From assembly GCF_006345805.1 (NCBI RefSeq), contig NC_043010.1, positions 37,820,001 through 37,884,000 on the forward strand: a DNA stretch of 64,000 nucleotides, read 5' to 3'. The notes beneath the pieces were generated by a model. That model saw nothing but the letters and a program-made list of their open reading frames with translations. It ran no database searches and was not told where the DNA came from. The DNA is from Octopus sinensis (Eukaryota). The position numbers and the translations under genes are program-made. This document shows, piece by piece, positions 23,035 to 37,458 of this stretch (positions are counted from its first letter, which is position 1; each line of letters begins with the position of its first letter).

Positions 23035-25162
23035 GTGAGTGCAGTGGACATGTTTTGGTATTATTATACCTCTGCAAGGAAGTATACTCTACTCGGTGGA
23101 CAAAACTAAGACTGATCGATATACTTAATGAAATAAAGGGGATGTAATGATGCACATCCGTGTTATCAATAATGCAGCTGAAGGAAAATACTTCAGGGAG
23201 GCACTCTTTAGACCTAATTATGTAAAATAAGGCACGGGCATGGGTGTATGGTAAGAAGTTTGCAGCTCAACAACATGGTTCTGGGTTCAGTCACATCTGT
23301 GCTTTTAAGAGATTACATCAGATGATGTTTTTTATACATTGTGTCCGATTAAAAAGATGGAGTTTTGAGATTGTTGTACTTTTGACTACAGATTTGCTCA
23401 ACCAGGGCTTGTCTGGGATTAAACAACAACAAACAGCATTGATGACATGATAGATCATCAATAACTATTTCTGGCCACACCCCTCTATGTTCCTTTTGTG
23501 TACTTCCAGCCTCGATCTACCCTCTTTGTTGTATTACTCTCTTTAAGAAAAAAATCCATCTTCTCAACTGTCTTACTCTTACACAAGTACACAAGCTGAC
23601 AAAGGAAACTCTATGTGGTCACTCAACATGCTAAAAATAGTAACCAGAGTTCCCTCAAGTCACACTCTGTCATCTTAGGAAGGCTACATTGCATAATGTG
23701 GTCCCTGGGTTCCCCGTACTTTGGGGGGAAAATGGCATGATTGTGGCCATTGTTTTTCTTAAGCTGTGCTCTTGTGCACATGTACATTTTGCAACTAGAC
23801 AAGGAAAAACAATAAGAAACATAAATTTTCAAGATGATTGATTTTTTTTTTTTTCAACTGAAGATATTTGAGTGATGGTTATTCTTATGGATGTGCAAAT
23901 ACATTGCAAAGAGAGACAAAACTTTGGCACCCTCAATGCAAATTTTTCCGAACACACAGCTAGAAAAATTAGAGGGAATGTTGGTCATGGCTGGAATGCT
24001 TTTGATCAGGGTTTGCTTGATCAGAGCTGATCTGGGGCTAAACAACAACTGCCATCCATAGAGTAAACTCTTCTCTCTGGATGTGAAAAGGGTACAATCT
24101 GGCCTTCAACCACATTAAGTAGACTTGGTATATCAAGGTATATCTGTATCAATGGCTAACACTTGTTCATGGAAAACCTCAAACACCTTGTTCCCATGTT
24201 CTGTAGGTCTACTTAGTTAGTCCTTAATTAGACAACAACCACCCTATATGGTAAATCCATCATCCCAGATGTCAAAGGGTACAGTGGATCTGTGGATTTT
24301 ACCCATTTCTGAAAGGTGTCAAGTAACTCGAAGGACCATATTTCATAACTCTCCTTAATCTTTTCTTCCTCTTCAGTTGGGATAGAAAGGGAGCTGCTAA
24401 CTTGAATGTGGGGCTAAACCAATGGTTCTCAACCATTTCATACCTGTAAACCCCTTTCATTACTATTTTGTTCTGGTGGATCACCTTTTCCATTTGATGT
24501 TTCAAAACAAAGTTTTATAGATATTTCTTTCAAAATCCCCATTTTGTTTCTCTTCCATTCGCTTGTAGGTTTGTTATCGAACTCTCCAAGAGAACATGTT
24601 TCATATTGAAGGTGGTGAGCTGGCAGAAACATTAGCATGCCGGGCGAAATGCTTAACAGTATTTTGTCTGCCATTACATTCTGAGTTCAAATTCCGCTAA
24701 GGTTGACTTTGCCTTTCATCTTTTCGAGGTCAATAGTACCAGTTACGCCCTGGGGTCAATGTAATCGACTTAATCCCTTTGTCTGTCCTTGTTTGTCCCC
24801 TCTATGTTTAGCCCCTTGTGGGCAATAAAGAAACAAGAAACATGTTGAACTATGTTATTTTTTTATTCTTTTATTTGTTTCAGTCATTTGACTGGAGCCA
24901 TGCTGGAGCACCAAGCGTCAGGGATAGAAACTTAGTTGTTTCTTGCAATAGATAAATCTAAAGCAAAATTTTTTCTCTGGACCCTTAAAATACTGCTGTA
25001 CATCCCCAATTTGCTATTATGCTTGCTTGGACTCTGCCCCCCCCCCCAATCTTATATGGATTCTGGTTCAGAACCACTGAGCTAAACATTAACATTGACT
25101 TTATGGAAGAGGTGGGAGTATGGTGACTGTTATTTCTCCTCTCCTTTTCCCTTGCCTTGTAG

Positions 25163-25195
25163 AAGGGAGTGGGATGAGGTGAAGAAGCTGAGCAG
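25163..25195 (+). other. Candidate 33-nt symmetric micro-exon (reading REWDEVKKLS)
   Basis: Strong polypyrimidine acceptor TTTCTCCTCTCCTTTTCCCTTGCCTTGTAG and CAG|GTATTG donor; purine-rich exon; no homology. Confidence 0.25.
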
Positions 25196-25284
25196 GTATT
25201 GTCATGGGCTGTTATTACTCCCAACTTGCGGTCGAATCAATGAAGGTGCTGCTACGTGGTTGACTGACTTACTAGAAACATTCT

Positions 25285-25745
25285 TTTCTGCTCTGGGCAC
25301 AAGGCCCAAAATTTTTTGGGAAGAGGCCAGTTGATTAGATCGACCCCAGTATGCAACTGGTACTTAATTTATCAACCCCGAAAGGATGAAAGGCAAAGTC
25401 GACCTCAGTGGAATTTGAACTTAGAACATAAAGACAGATGAAATATCGCCAAGCATTTTGCCTGGCGTGCTAATGTTTCTGCCAACTCACTGCCTTGCCT
25501 TACTAGAAATATTGATTTCAGTCTGGCACAAGGCCAGCAGTTTCGGTGGGTGGCAAGGTTGGATAAATCAATTACATCAACCCTAGTGTTCAAATGGTAC
25601 TTATTTTATCGACCCTTGAAAGATGAAAGGCAAAGTCGACCTCGGGTAAATTTGAACTCAGAGCATGAAGATGGACAAATTACCACTAAACATTTTACCT
25701 GGCCTGCTAACAATTCTGTCAACTTGCCACCTTACTTTCTAGAAA
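25285..25745 (-). mobile_element. Two tandem SINE family B copies, CpG-decayed
   Basis: Family B pattern occurs twice (about 25285-25495 and 25505-25745) with CG changed to TG or CA. Confidence 0.8.
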
Positions 25746-26299
25746 TATTAGCCAAAATCTCTCAATTGTTTAAGATGGTCACGTTTTGGACAAAGTAGGC
25801 CAAATTTAGTTTACTGTGGTGTCATTATAAAATTGTGTGCCATGGATGGCTCACAGATGTACAATGTACTTGCTTTCTAGTGTTTGTAATGCATTGCACT
25901 GGTGTTTCTGCATATTCCTTTGCAGCAAAGTGCAATGCATGCACTCATTTCTGTTTTAAAGAAATTTTAATACTCATTTCATACCTTCATACACACACAC
26001 ACATTTATGATAGGCGCGGGAGTAACTGTGTGATTAAAAAACCAGCTTCCCAACCATGTGGTCTTGGGTTCAGTTCCACTTTGTAGCACCTTGTGCTACA
26101 TCCCTGGGCTGACCAAAGCCTTGTGTATGGATTTGGTAGCTGAAAACTGAAAGAAGCCTGTCGAGTGTGTATGTATATTTGTATGTATGAGCATGCGTAT
26201 GTATGCATGTGTGTGTGTGTGTTAGTGCATATGTGTTTGTGTTTATATAATCATTTAATATTCACTTTTCATGCTGGTATGTATGTATGTGTGTGTGTG

Positions 26300-26341
<42 letters not shown>

Positions 26342-26557
26342 ATTTAGGTTATCTGAGAGATACCACCACGCTGGAAATAGCAGTCAAAACCTGACTCTAA
26401 AGCCACATTAAATGTTCATACAGCACTAGGAGAGAACACAGAGAGACAAAGTAAACTAGCAAAAAAATTACTAGATAATTCCAGATCCTGGATTTCTGAC
26501 TTTGCATAAGGGATGCTCTGCCTTCGTCAGTGGAATATACTCAGATAGCACATAAAT

Positions 26558-26594
<37 letters not shown>

Positions 26595-27788
26595 ACATAT
26601 GATATACTTACATATACGAATGTCTATACATACTTATAGACACACGTATGAACATGGCCAGTTTAAATTGCCCGCCTTAAAGCTCCTCGTGCGATATGGT
26701 CAGAATAAACACCATCAGCCGAAATTGCAATGATAATCTGGTGCTTGACTGAGGATAGAGGGCTTCGAATGACCTGTCCTTGTTTTTTTTGTATCATCTA
26801 TCTGGATGTTTTGTTGTCTCTTTTTGTACCATCTAGTTGTCCGGATGTTTTGCGTTCTTGTCCCATTTTGTATTTTGTATCTATATATATATATATATAT
26901 ATGTATATAAATATATATATACACACATACATAGTCACTTTTAGCCTCTATTTTTTTTTTTTCTTTTAGTGTTTGAAGTTCTTTAGGTTGACATCTATAG
27001 AAGAGAATATGTGGCCAAATGAGAAATTTCCCATTTTGACTGCAGCCTTGATAGTTGTGATGGTGGTGGAGGTTTTGTGGAGTGGATGGGTTAAACAAAA
27101 TTTTTAATACGAGGTCTGGAGGTGGTGGGAGAGTCAGTGAGCGGGATGATGATAATGATGGGAAATTGGAATGCTCTCACTGCTCTAGTTTATCCCCATT
27201 AAGAAATACTACCTATGATAGTTTAGTGTCCTATCCCTGGGGGAGTTTTTTTTTTTTCTTACATAAAAAATTCTTTTACTTTTAATTTCATTTGCTCAAT
27301 GTTGCAGAAACTGGAGATTAATGCCTGCACTATAGATTTTTGTTTGGAGAAATGTCATCTTATATTACTGTCCTTAAGAACATGAGTTCAAACCTACTTT
27401 GCTACCGCTGCTACTACTACTACTGCTACAATTATACTTTTTCTCTAGATTGACAAAAAAAAAAAGAAAAAAAGAAAGAAAAAGAGAAACAACCTTGCTT
27501 CCCTTTCTGCTTCATTGATACTTGTTAGTGACAGGGAAGTTGTCATGACTTAAATATTTTTTTTTTTAGCACTCCCCACCTTTCACTACTACTACTACTA
27601 CTACTACTACTGTTGCTGCTGCTGCCGCTCAGTTGTTCACACATGCAACAGGGGAACAAACACTCACACTGGCTCTCCCTTCCTTCCTTCTCCATGCACT
27701 GCCTTTTGCATTGCCGACATCAAATCAACTCCATGCACACGCACTTCGTGCACAGCACACACACGTACGTACCTGCCCACACACACGC

Positions 27789-27820
<32 letters not shown>

Positions 27821-28009
27821 CACATTCAGTGAAGCTAAGTTTGTTAAGAACAGCACTATGTGTAAGTAAACAGTGAAATTTGACTAGCAGAATGAATGTG
27901 ATTTGATCATTCTATGCATTACATGTTCTTCTGTGTAAACACACACACACTCCAACATTCATATGCAGAGACAGTATGTTCATCCATCTTTCTGTATGTG
28001 GGTTCATAC

Positions 28010-28024
28010 ATACATATATATATA

Positions 28025-28077
<53 letters not shown>

Positions 28078-28171
28078 ATAGCGGACGTTAAATGATGATG
28101 ATGATGATGATGTGTGTGTGTATATATATATGTGTGGTGTATATATATGTGTGTGTGTGTATATATATATA

Positions 28172-28218
<47 letters not shown>

Positions 28219-28338
28219 ATTATATATATATATATATATGTGTGGTGTGTGTGTTTATATATATATATATGTGTGGTGTGTGTATATATATATGTGTGTG
28301 TGTGTGTATATATATATGTGTGTGTGTATATATATATG

Positions 28339-28371
<33 letters not shown>

Positions 28372-28431
28372 ATATATATGTGTGTGTGTGGTGTGTGTAT
28401 ATATATATATGTGTGTGTGTATATATATATA

Positions 28432-28479
<48 letters not shown>

Positions 28480-28495
28480 GTATGTATATATGCAC
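28010..28495. repeat. Compound (TA)n/(TG)n microsatellite
   Basis: Direct reading. Confidence 0.95.
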
Positions 28496-29004
28496 ATTTA
28501 CATGTGAACCTGAAAAAAGTGTTTACACAAAACAGTATCGTCAGACATTGGTGAGATCAAATCCAGATATGTGCAGCTTTAATAGACTTTTTTTTTCCGC
28601 TCCCTTTAGAATTTGTGTTTGTTTACATATGTATTATGATAAGTCAATACTAATTTGCATAAAATTTTGAAATATAATATAGTGTATGTTATATATATAT
28701 ATATATATATAGATATTTACATCAATACACACATGCACACACACATATTTATTTATTTATTTATTTAGCTGATACTGTGTGCTATTGCTTCAAGTTCTAT
28801 GAATATCTAAATATTCAATAAAATGGTCTTGTTGGCCTGTAATGAAAAGGCACGTTTTTCATTCGAGACCAACACGGCCAGTAGATTGATTATTTGTGAA
28901 ACTTGAAGTAATGAATGGCAACCAATATGGGTTTAGTAAATACAATTACACTCTGCGTCTTGTATTGAGTACTTTTGTTTGTTGTTAATATCTGCAGGTA
29001 TACT

Positions 29005-29202
29005 CTTTAATCTTTTACTTATTTCAGTCATTTTGACTGTGGCCATGCTGGAGCGCCGCCTTTAGTTGAGAAAATCGCCCCCAGGACTTATTCTTTATAA
29101 GCCTAGTACTTATTCTATCAGTCCCTTTTGCTGAACCGCTAAGTTACAAGGAAGTAAACACACCAGCATCAGTTGTCAAATGATGTTGGGTGGACAACAT
29201 AT

Positions 29203-29239
<37 letters not shown>

Positions 29240-29400
29240 CGACAGGATTCTTTCAGTTTCCGTCTACCAAATCCACTCACAAGGCTTTGGTCAGCCCAAG
29301 GCTATATAGTAGAACACACTTGCCCAAGGTGCCATGCAGTGGGACTGAACCTGGAACTGTGTGGTTCGTAAGCAAGCTACTTACCACACAGCCACTCCTG
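29005..29400 (-). mobile_element. SINE family A
   Basis: Full family A pattern on the minus strand. Confidence 0.85.
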
Positions 29401-30018
29401 TATAATATGTGTATATTTGTTTTACTTTCGCTTCTCCGTGCTTGCATGGGTTAGACAAATGCATATTGTTGAAGTATTGTTTTATAGTCAGATGCTCTTC
29501 TTGTTGCTAAACTTTATTGCTTCCATTATGGGGTGGCTAGCTACAAGTTGACCTCAACAGTGCTGGTGCCAGAATAAAAAAAAAAAATACCTAGTACACT
29601 TAAGTGCTTGGTAATCAATCCAAACGACAACAACATTGGGCTAGCTGATGGCAAAGCAACAATCGCTATAGTGCTGGTGCCATGTAAAGGGAGGAGGATG
29701 TGGTGCCCCAATTTGTTGAATCCTGTCATACTCTCCAACACAAGCCAACCTGGAATGCTGGAGTAAAATGACGATAATGATGATAATGTGGTTGTTCACT
29801 TGTTGAGTTTTTTTATGAGTTTGTTCAACCTTTCCACAAGTTCATACTGCAACTTGTCCAAAAGTTCTCCTCACCAAGCAACCAAACAATTTTAATGGGT
29901 TCCATTTTAGTCACCAAAGATCCACCCATGGCACAGATTTTAGTGGCTTGCATGGTTACCAGTAGTATGTCTTTGGATACCAGACCTTTGACTATATATT
30001 TGTGTGTGTGCGTGTTTG

Positions 30019-30052
<34 letters not shown>

Positions 30053-30241
30053 TCAATAATGGTGGGGTTGTGTTGACCGCACGTGGAGAAATGATAAGCA
30101 ATGAAAAATTGTAAAAATGCAGAATGCTCAATTGAAAGAAAATTTTAATGAAATGAGAAATTGATAAAATATATAAATATATATTTATTCAAACCAGTTT
30201 TTGTCATAGTGTGACTTGTCAAGAATAGTTAGGTTAAAAAG

Positions 30242-30288
<47 letters not shown>

Positions 30289-30837
30289 CTTTTATTTGTT
30301 TCAGTCATTTGACTGTGGCCATGCTGGAGCACCAGCTTGAAGAATTTTCAGTCAAATTATTCGACTGCCAGTACTTGTTTATTTTTTTTAAAGCCTGGTA
30401 CTAATTCTATCTGTCTCTTTTACTGAACTGCTAAGTTACGGGGACGTAAACACACCAGCACCAATTTGCAAGTGGTGGTTGGTTGGGACAAAGCAAAAAC
30501 ACATGCATATATATATATATATGCAGGACAGGCCTCTTTCAGTTTCCATCTACCAAATCCATTCACAAGGCTTTGATTGGCCCAAGTAGAAGGCATTGCC
30601 CAAAGTGCTGTGCAGTGGGACTGAACCTTAAACCTGACTGGCTCCCATGCCAGTGGCATGTAAAAAGCACCAACCAAATATGACCGATGCCAGTACCCCC
30701 TGACTGGCTCCTGTGCCGGTAGCATGTAAAAAACACCCACTACACTCTCAGAGTGGTTGGCATTAGGAAGGGCATCCAGCTGTAGAAACATTGCCAGATC
30801 AGCTGGGAGCCTGGTGTAGCTACTGGCTCTTCAGACC

Positions 30838-31629
30838 ACACACAACCACACTCACACACATACGCAATATGCTCTCACAATTTCTATCCACTAAATTCCA
30901 CTCACAGGATATTGCTTAACTCAGAGTTACAGGAGAAGGCAGTTTGCCCATGCTATGCTGTATAGTGAGATACCATGAACAACAACAACTTATATTTATA
31001 TAAACATATATTTATGTAAACAGTATGTGCTTATATACCAGAAAATAAAGGAAGTTTCAAGTGCAGAATTGCTGTGAAAAGAGCTGAGAAGATGAGGTAA
31101 ATAGTCTCAGAAAACAGCAAAAAGTTGCCAATAGGTTACTACAGAGAATTGAACCTCATACCTTTCAAATTTCTACTGAGCACTCTAATCCATTGAGCTA
31201 AGCAACTTAGGTACAGGGTTCGATTCCCTGTAGTGACTTCCTGCAACCACTTTTTACCATTTTCTAAGGCTATTACCTCATCTTCTAAGCTGTTTTTACA
31301 GCTATTCTGTATTTGAGACTTCCTAACACCCTAGTCACATTTAGTGGCTTAGTGGTTAGGGCATTCAGCTCATGATTGTAAGGTTGTGAGTTCAATTCCC
31401 GGTGACGTGTTGTGTCATTGAGCAAGACACATTATTTCTCATTGCTCCAGTCCACTCAGCTGGCAAAACTGAGTAGCAACTGTATTTCAAAGGGCCAGCC
31501 TTGTTACACTGTGTCATTCTGGGTTCAGTCTCACTGCGTGACACCTTGGGCAAATATCTTCTTCTATAAGTCTAGGCTGACCAAAGCCTTGTGAGTGGAA
31601 TTGGTAGACAGTAACTGCAATAAGCCTGT

Positions 31630-31670
<41 letters not shown>

Positions 31671-32470
31671 CCACACTCACACACATACGCAATATGCTCT
31701 CACAATTTCTATCCACTAAATTCCACTCACAGGATATTGCTTAACTCAGAGTTACAGGAGAAGGCAGTTTGCCCATGCTATGCTGTATAGTGAGATACCA
31801 TGAACAACAACAACTTATATTATATAAACATATATTTATGTAAACAGTATGTGCTTATATACCAGAAAATAAAGGAAGTTTCAAGTGCAGAATTGCTGTG
31901 AAAAGAGCTGAGAAGATGAGGTAAATAGTCTCAGAAAACAGCAAAAAGTTGCCAATAGGTTACTACAGAGAATTGAACCTCATACCTTTCAAATTTCTAC
32001 TGAGCACTCTAATCCATTGAGCTAAGCAACTTAGGTACAGGGTTCGATTCCCTGTAGTGACTTCCTGCAACCACTTTTTACCATTTTCTAAGGCTATTTA
32101 CCTCATCTTCTAAGCTGTTTTTACAGCTATTCTGTATTTGAGACTTCCTAACACCCTAGTCACATTTAGTGGCTTAGTGGTTAGGGCATTCAGCTCATGA
32201 TTGTAAGGTTGTGAGTTCAATTCCCGGTGACGTGTTGTGTCATTGAGCAAGACACATTATTTCTCATTGCTCCAGTCCACTCAGCTGGCAAAACTGAGTA
32301 GCAACTGTATTTCAAAGGGCCAGCCTTGTTACACTGTGTCATTCTGGGTTCAGTCTCACTGCGTGACACCTTGGGCAAATATCTTCTTCTATAAGTCTAG
32401 GCTGACCAAAGCCTTGTGAGTGGAATTGGTAGACAGTAACTGCAATAAGCCTGTCATACACACACACACA
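30838..32470. repeat. 825-bp direct tandem duplication bounded by (CA)n
   Basis: Identical ORFs at 31412 and 32237 (offset 825); the units differ only by the 1-bp indels I could see. Confidence 0.95.
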
Positions 32471-33785
32471 ACACATATATATATACAGGCATAGGAGTGG
32501 CAGTGTGGTTGTTAGCTTGCTTACCAACCACATGGTTCTGGGTTCAGTCCCACTGCATGGCACCTCGTGCAAGTGTCTTCTACTATAGCCTCAGGCCAAC
32601 TAAAGCCTTGTGAGTGGATCTGGTAGACGGAAACTGAAAGAAGCCTGTCATATATATTCATGTGTATGTGTTTGTGTGTCTACGTTTGTCCCCCAACCAT
32701 CACCTGCTGGTGTGCTTACGTCCCTGTCACTTAGTGATTTGGCAAAAGAGACCGATAAAATAAGTACTAAGCTTATAAAGGATAAGCCCTGGGGTCAATT
32801 TGTTCGACTAAAGGTGGTGTTCCAGCATGGCCGCAGACAAGTAAAAGAATAAAAAGAATATATTTATATATATACATACATACACACGTGTTTGTGTTTT
32901 TCACCACCACATGACACCCAGTGTTGGTTTGTTTACATTCCATGTAACTTAGAAGTTTGGCAAAAGAAACCAATAGGATAAGTACTAGACTTAAAAAAAC
33001 AAATGATTATTGGGGTCAATTAGTTCTACTAAAATCCTTCAAGGTGGTGCTCCAGCATGGCTGCAGTCCAGTGACCGAAACAAGTAAAAAAAATTTGTTA
33101 AATAAACCCTAAAAAAGAAGTTGGAAGACAGAATCAAACCTTGGAGAGATTTGAACTCTAGGTGTAGTGATTTTGAACAAATGATGCAAGGCATTCTGTC
33201 CAATGCCTTTGACAACTATGCCAGTTCTCTGCCTAGTTGGTTTTAAGGATTATTTGGCTGCTGTTTCTAGTGTATTGAGCAACTACTCGTCAGTTTGTGC
33301 TGCTGAAGCATTCCCTGGTTTTGAGATGGCAGGGAATGTCTGATGAATCATTAGAAAGGCTGGAAAATCAGAACTCTTTTGGGACACGTGAGCACCTCGT
33401 TAATTTCAATTCTGGTGAATATTCCATGTCGAAGTGTTGTAAGACTTTCCTGTAATAATAACAATAATGATAATAATAATAATAATAATAACAGTGTTTT
33501 TCGTGAAAAACAAACGAAACAAAACAATCATCACAACAACAACAACACTCTCTTTAAAAACTAATCAACAACATGGTAATTCAAGAAGCTAATGTATTTA
33601 TCCCATAATGTATTTTTGCTGGTGCTGTTCATGATTTTGAATGTTATGCACAGTGAGTGACATAAGGTAAAAAAAGTGGGGAAGGTTTAATTCATTTAAG
33701 ACTCTGTAATGTTAAAATAAACTGTTGCTGTTGGGCTTCAGGTGAAACCTGATTGGATTGACATACACACACACACATATAAATA

Positions 33786-34135
33786 TTGGGTTATCCGGAA
33801 AGTTTGTGCCAATTTTTAAAGGAAAGAAAACAGTCAATAAATACTTGCCATTACATTTTTAATCAACCAAATATGAACCATTTTATTGCACAATGCGTCT
33901 CCATCTTTCCTTTAACTTGAAAATACCCTCTTCCCAGAATTGAGGTGGTTTCATGGCAAAGAATTCATCAAGGTATATTTTTACGTCATCCAAGGAATTG
34001 AAATTTTTACCATTAAGACTATTCTGCAAAGACCTGAATAAGTGGAAATCCAAGGAGCAATATCTGGTGAATATGGAGGGTGGGGTAACACATCCCAGCT
34101 GAGCTGCAGCAATTTTTGTCTGGTTCCCAAAGCAT
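33786..34135 (-). pseudogene. mariner transposase C-terminal fragment with one TIR
   Basis: TRQKLLQLSWDVLPHPPYSPDIAP..FHLFRSLQNSLNGKNFNSLDDVKIYLDEFFAMKPPQFWEEGIFKLKERWRRIVQ (YSPD(L/I)AP motif); TA-TTGGGTTATCCGGAAAG terminus. Confidence 0.92.
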
Positions 34136-35819
34136 CAAGTGCCAAAAATGAAGTTTGTTATCTTCTATTTTAAAGGGTTACAGAATTAACACAGGTTATA
34201 GGAACATAAATCTTCTTCCACGAAACGATAGCTTAAACTGTGCTCTAAATGGAGGTTTAGTCAAATCCTATTTTATGGACTCAACCATGTTCTAAAATAA
34301 GTTCCTTGGCCTTAGATTTTGATATACAAAGATTTGATAAGTAAAACTATAAATTAAAACTGACCCCAAAAAACAGTGACAAGCTAGATCTCTAACAAGT
34401 CTTTTTTCCTGATACCTTAGTAGCTTCTAAGCTGAAGTGAAGACAGCATGTTCTTTGTCTATCTCTTCACCTTCTTGGAGGTGTTTAGGTAAAATTATAC
34501 TAATGTGTCCATTTGTTTTAATTTAATTTAATTCTATGTTTTTGTGCAGCTGAGGATTACTCTGCATTTAAATTGATGTAATGGTTGCATTGTTCAATTA
34601 AATGGATTCGCTTGAAACGACCATTGCAAAGCTAATCTGGAACTCGACTGAGGAAAGAAAACTCCAAATGACTTGTCCTTGTTTTCTTTGTATCATCTGT
34701 CTGGATGTTTTGCGTTCTTGTCCCATTTTTGTATTATCTGTTATATAAAATCTGTTCTGTCTGTCTGTATGTGTGTCTTCTAGGATCTCAGGCATCCTCC
34801 ATCTGATTGCGCTCAAATTTGATTCCAGGCGATCGATAAAGCCGTTTTTGTCCTGCTTTTCTTCCGTCAACCTGTGCATAACTGACCTTCCATTTTTTGT
34901 TGTTTTTGTACTGCTTAAAGGCACGTTTCTTTCCTGCCAAGCTTACTGTTTAAACCATGTTTGTGTTCTCCCAGTCAACAGCCTTATCATTACTGGTACT
35001 TTAAACTCTTTGGTTGCATATTTGTGTGAATAAACTCGTTTTCTTTTGGAACAGAAAAAAAGTCTATCTTTATTTCTTCTTTTGCTGGTGTCTCAAATTT
35101 AGGTTAAATCAGTGTTTCTCAAAGGGGAGGCCCATGGGACGGTCGGACAAGTTGTTTTGAGAAAATTTGGTTTAAATGTTTGACAACTCAGCACCATCCA
35201 TTGGATGGAGGGCGTTTTGCTCGTATATATATATGTATGTATGTATATAAACCAAGTGAGGTAATAATCGCCTAATCTGCTGAAACAACAAACAGCTGGG
35301 ACATATATATGCAGAAGATGGGGAATGGATTAAACTGAATGAACGATCCTTTTGTTTACAAAGATTGCACCTTTCAAGACTTGTCAAGAAACCCAGACAT
35401 TCTTTCAGCTGCATTCTGTCAGCTGCAAGCAAATGACAGAGTTAGTGAGGTCATTGTTTACAGTCAGCTAACATACATGAAGACAAAGAAAACACACACA
35501 CACACGACAGGCTTCTTTTAGTTTCCAGCTACCAGATCTACTCACAAGGCTTTAGTCGATCAATGATTGGGAGAAACAAAAAAAGACAAGGTTATCGTGG
35601 TAGTGGTTAGAACCATTACAATTATAGGTTGTGTGCCAGGACTGACCTTGGGTTAAATAGCAGCAGTTACAGGAACTATAATGTAGTGAAAATAGTTCGG
35701 ATTACATTTCCAAGGATTTGTACTTTGCTATTTAGAGTTACATCCAAAATTACTATTTATTTTTATCTTGAACATTGGCAGACTGAATACAATTTGCAAC
35801 TTGGTGAATACCGAGTCCT

Positions 35820-36035
35820 GGTGGGAGTTTCTGAGTGGTCTCTAGATTTGCTAGAAATAGCAGCTGATTTTCCCACCCACCCTCAAATTACACCCTGTTG
35901 CCTGAACCCCACCCCCTCAAAACCCCAAAATACAGTATGATGTATTGGACAATATAGTCAGTAGATATATCAAAAATGAAATGGTTCTGGTTGGAACAGC
36001 TTCAGTCATAGGTCTGCTCAATCAGAGCTGACTTG
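35820..36035 (+). repeat. Dispersed repeat family D (GCTAGAAATAGCAGC ... GGGGCTAAA[CAACAAC]), representative copy
   Basis: Related copies at about 14200-14560, 15060-15220, 23590-24050, 39760-39950, 42630-42730, 43200-43330 and 56400-56490; class unresolved. Confidence 0.6.
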
Positions 36036-36260
36036 GGGCTAAAGAAAAAGGAAAAAAAAAAAAAAAAAAAACAAAACCCCCCAAACAAACTTCAATAATT
36101 AATTTCCTTCCCATTAAGATAGTACATCAACCATTTCTCTACATTCTGGACCATTTTCAAAACCTCTCATCTGCTTGATTGATAGGCACTATTTCATTCC
36201 CCAGCACTCTGTAATAATAACTGGCTCATTAGCAGACTGTGTCCTCCCTCTATATCTTTC

Positions 36261-36297
<37 letters not shown>

Positions 36298-37426
36298 CAC
36301 CACCACCACCACCACCACCACCACCCAGCCAGTCTTCTATAGATTGAAATACATTGATTTTTTTTTTTCTGTTTTTTTTTTTGTCTTGGGTGTTGTATGT
36401 CTGTGTTTATTCCATCTCGTCTTCCATCTAAGATTTCTTCTTTGCTGAGTACACCAAAATCACTTTTTTTTTTTCCTCTTTTTTTCTTTTCTTTTCTCCT
36501 GAGTTAATTAAGAGAATAAACAGTTTAGATCTCAGATGAAGTTACTTTTAACAGTGAAATGTAGAACATTGCAACAAGGCGTTCATTGTTCTGTTCGTGG
36601 AACCACTACAGATGCCGTGGTCGTCACCCTCCTCCCCACCCTCCCATCTTCCTCTTCCTTCTCCCCCCCCCACCTCCCATCCCCATTTTAATGTCCACTT
36701 TATCTGTGCCTGCATGGGTCATGCAGTATTTGTTGAGGCAGATTTTCTATGCTTTGATGCTCTTCCTGTCACCAACCCTCACGCCATTTCTGAGCAAGGT
36801 GACTCTTTTCCCATGGCCCAAGGATGTCTTCATTGGAGATCGAAAACGATGCCTTACCCTACCCCACCTCTCCCTCCCGATTAGCCCTGATTGCAAAGAT
36901 TCAAGATCGAAGATATTTCGGTTTTGTAACCATCGTGTATTTTTGTATATCTGGGACTACAGTGCCTAATGTGTTTTTACCCTTTTTAAAATTCTTTGTA
37001 GCATGTCCAACCTAAATATTCTATCTGTTCTCTGTTCAAACTAGCCAGATCCAGCCTCTCACACCTACCTTACAATATTCTAAAAATTAACAATAAGGCA
37101 TAGGAGTGACTGTGTGGTAAGAAGCTTGCTTCCCAACCACATGGTTCTGGGTTCATTCCCACTGCATGGTATCTTGGGCAAGTGTCTTCAACTACAGCCT
37201 CAGGCCAACCAAAGCCTTATGAGTAGATCTGGTAGCCAGAAACTGAAAGAAGCCTGTTGTGTATATATATATATATATGTATGTATGTATGTATGTATTT
37301 GTGTGTCTGTGTTTGTTCCCCCCCACCACCACCACTGTCGCTTGACAACTGATATTGGTGTGTTTATGTCCCCGTAACTAAGCAGTTTGGCACACCTGCA
37401 TCTATCTATCTATATATCTATCTATC

Positions 37427-37458
<32 letters not shown>

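Noticed and set aside
31340-31420. tRNA genes (also 3200-3262, 32165-32240 and other A/B-box hits)
   Set aside because: A and B boxes run directly into SINE bodies with no complete cloverleaf
34780-35040. LINE ORF2 fragment on the minus strand (KKRAFKQYK-like)
   Set aside because: Only a short, generic basic motif with no diagnostic RT or endonuclease residues
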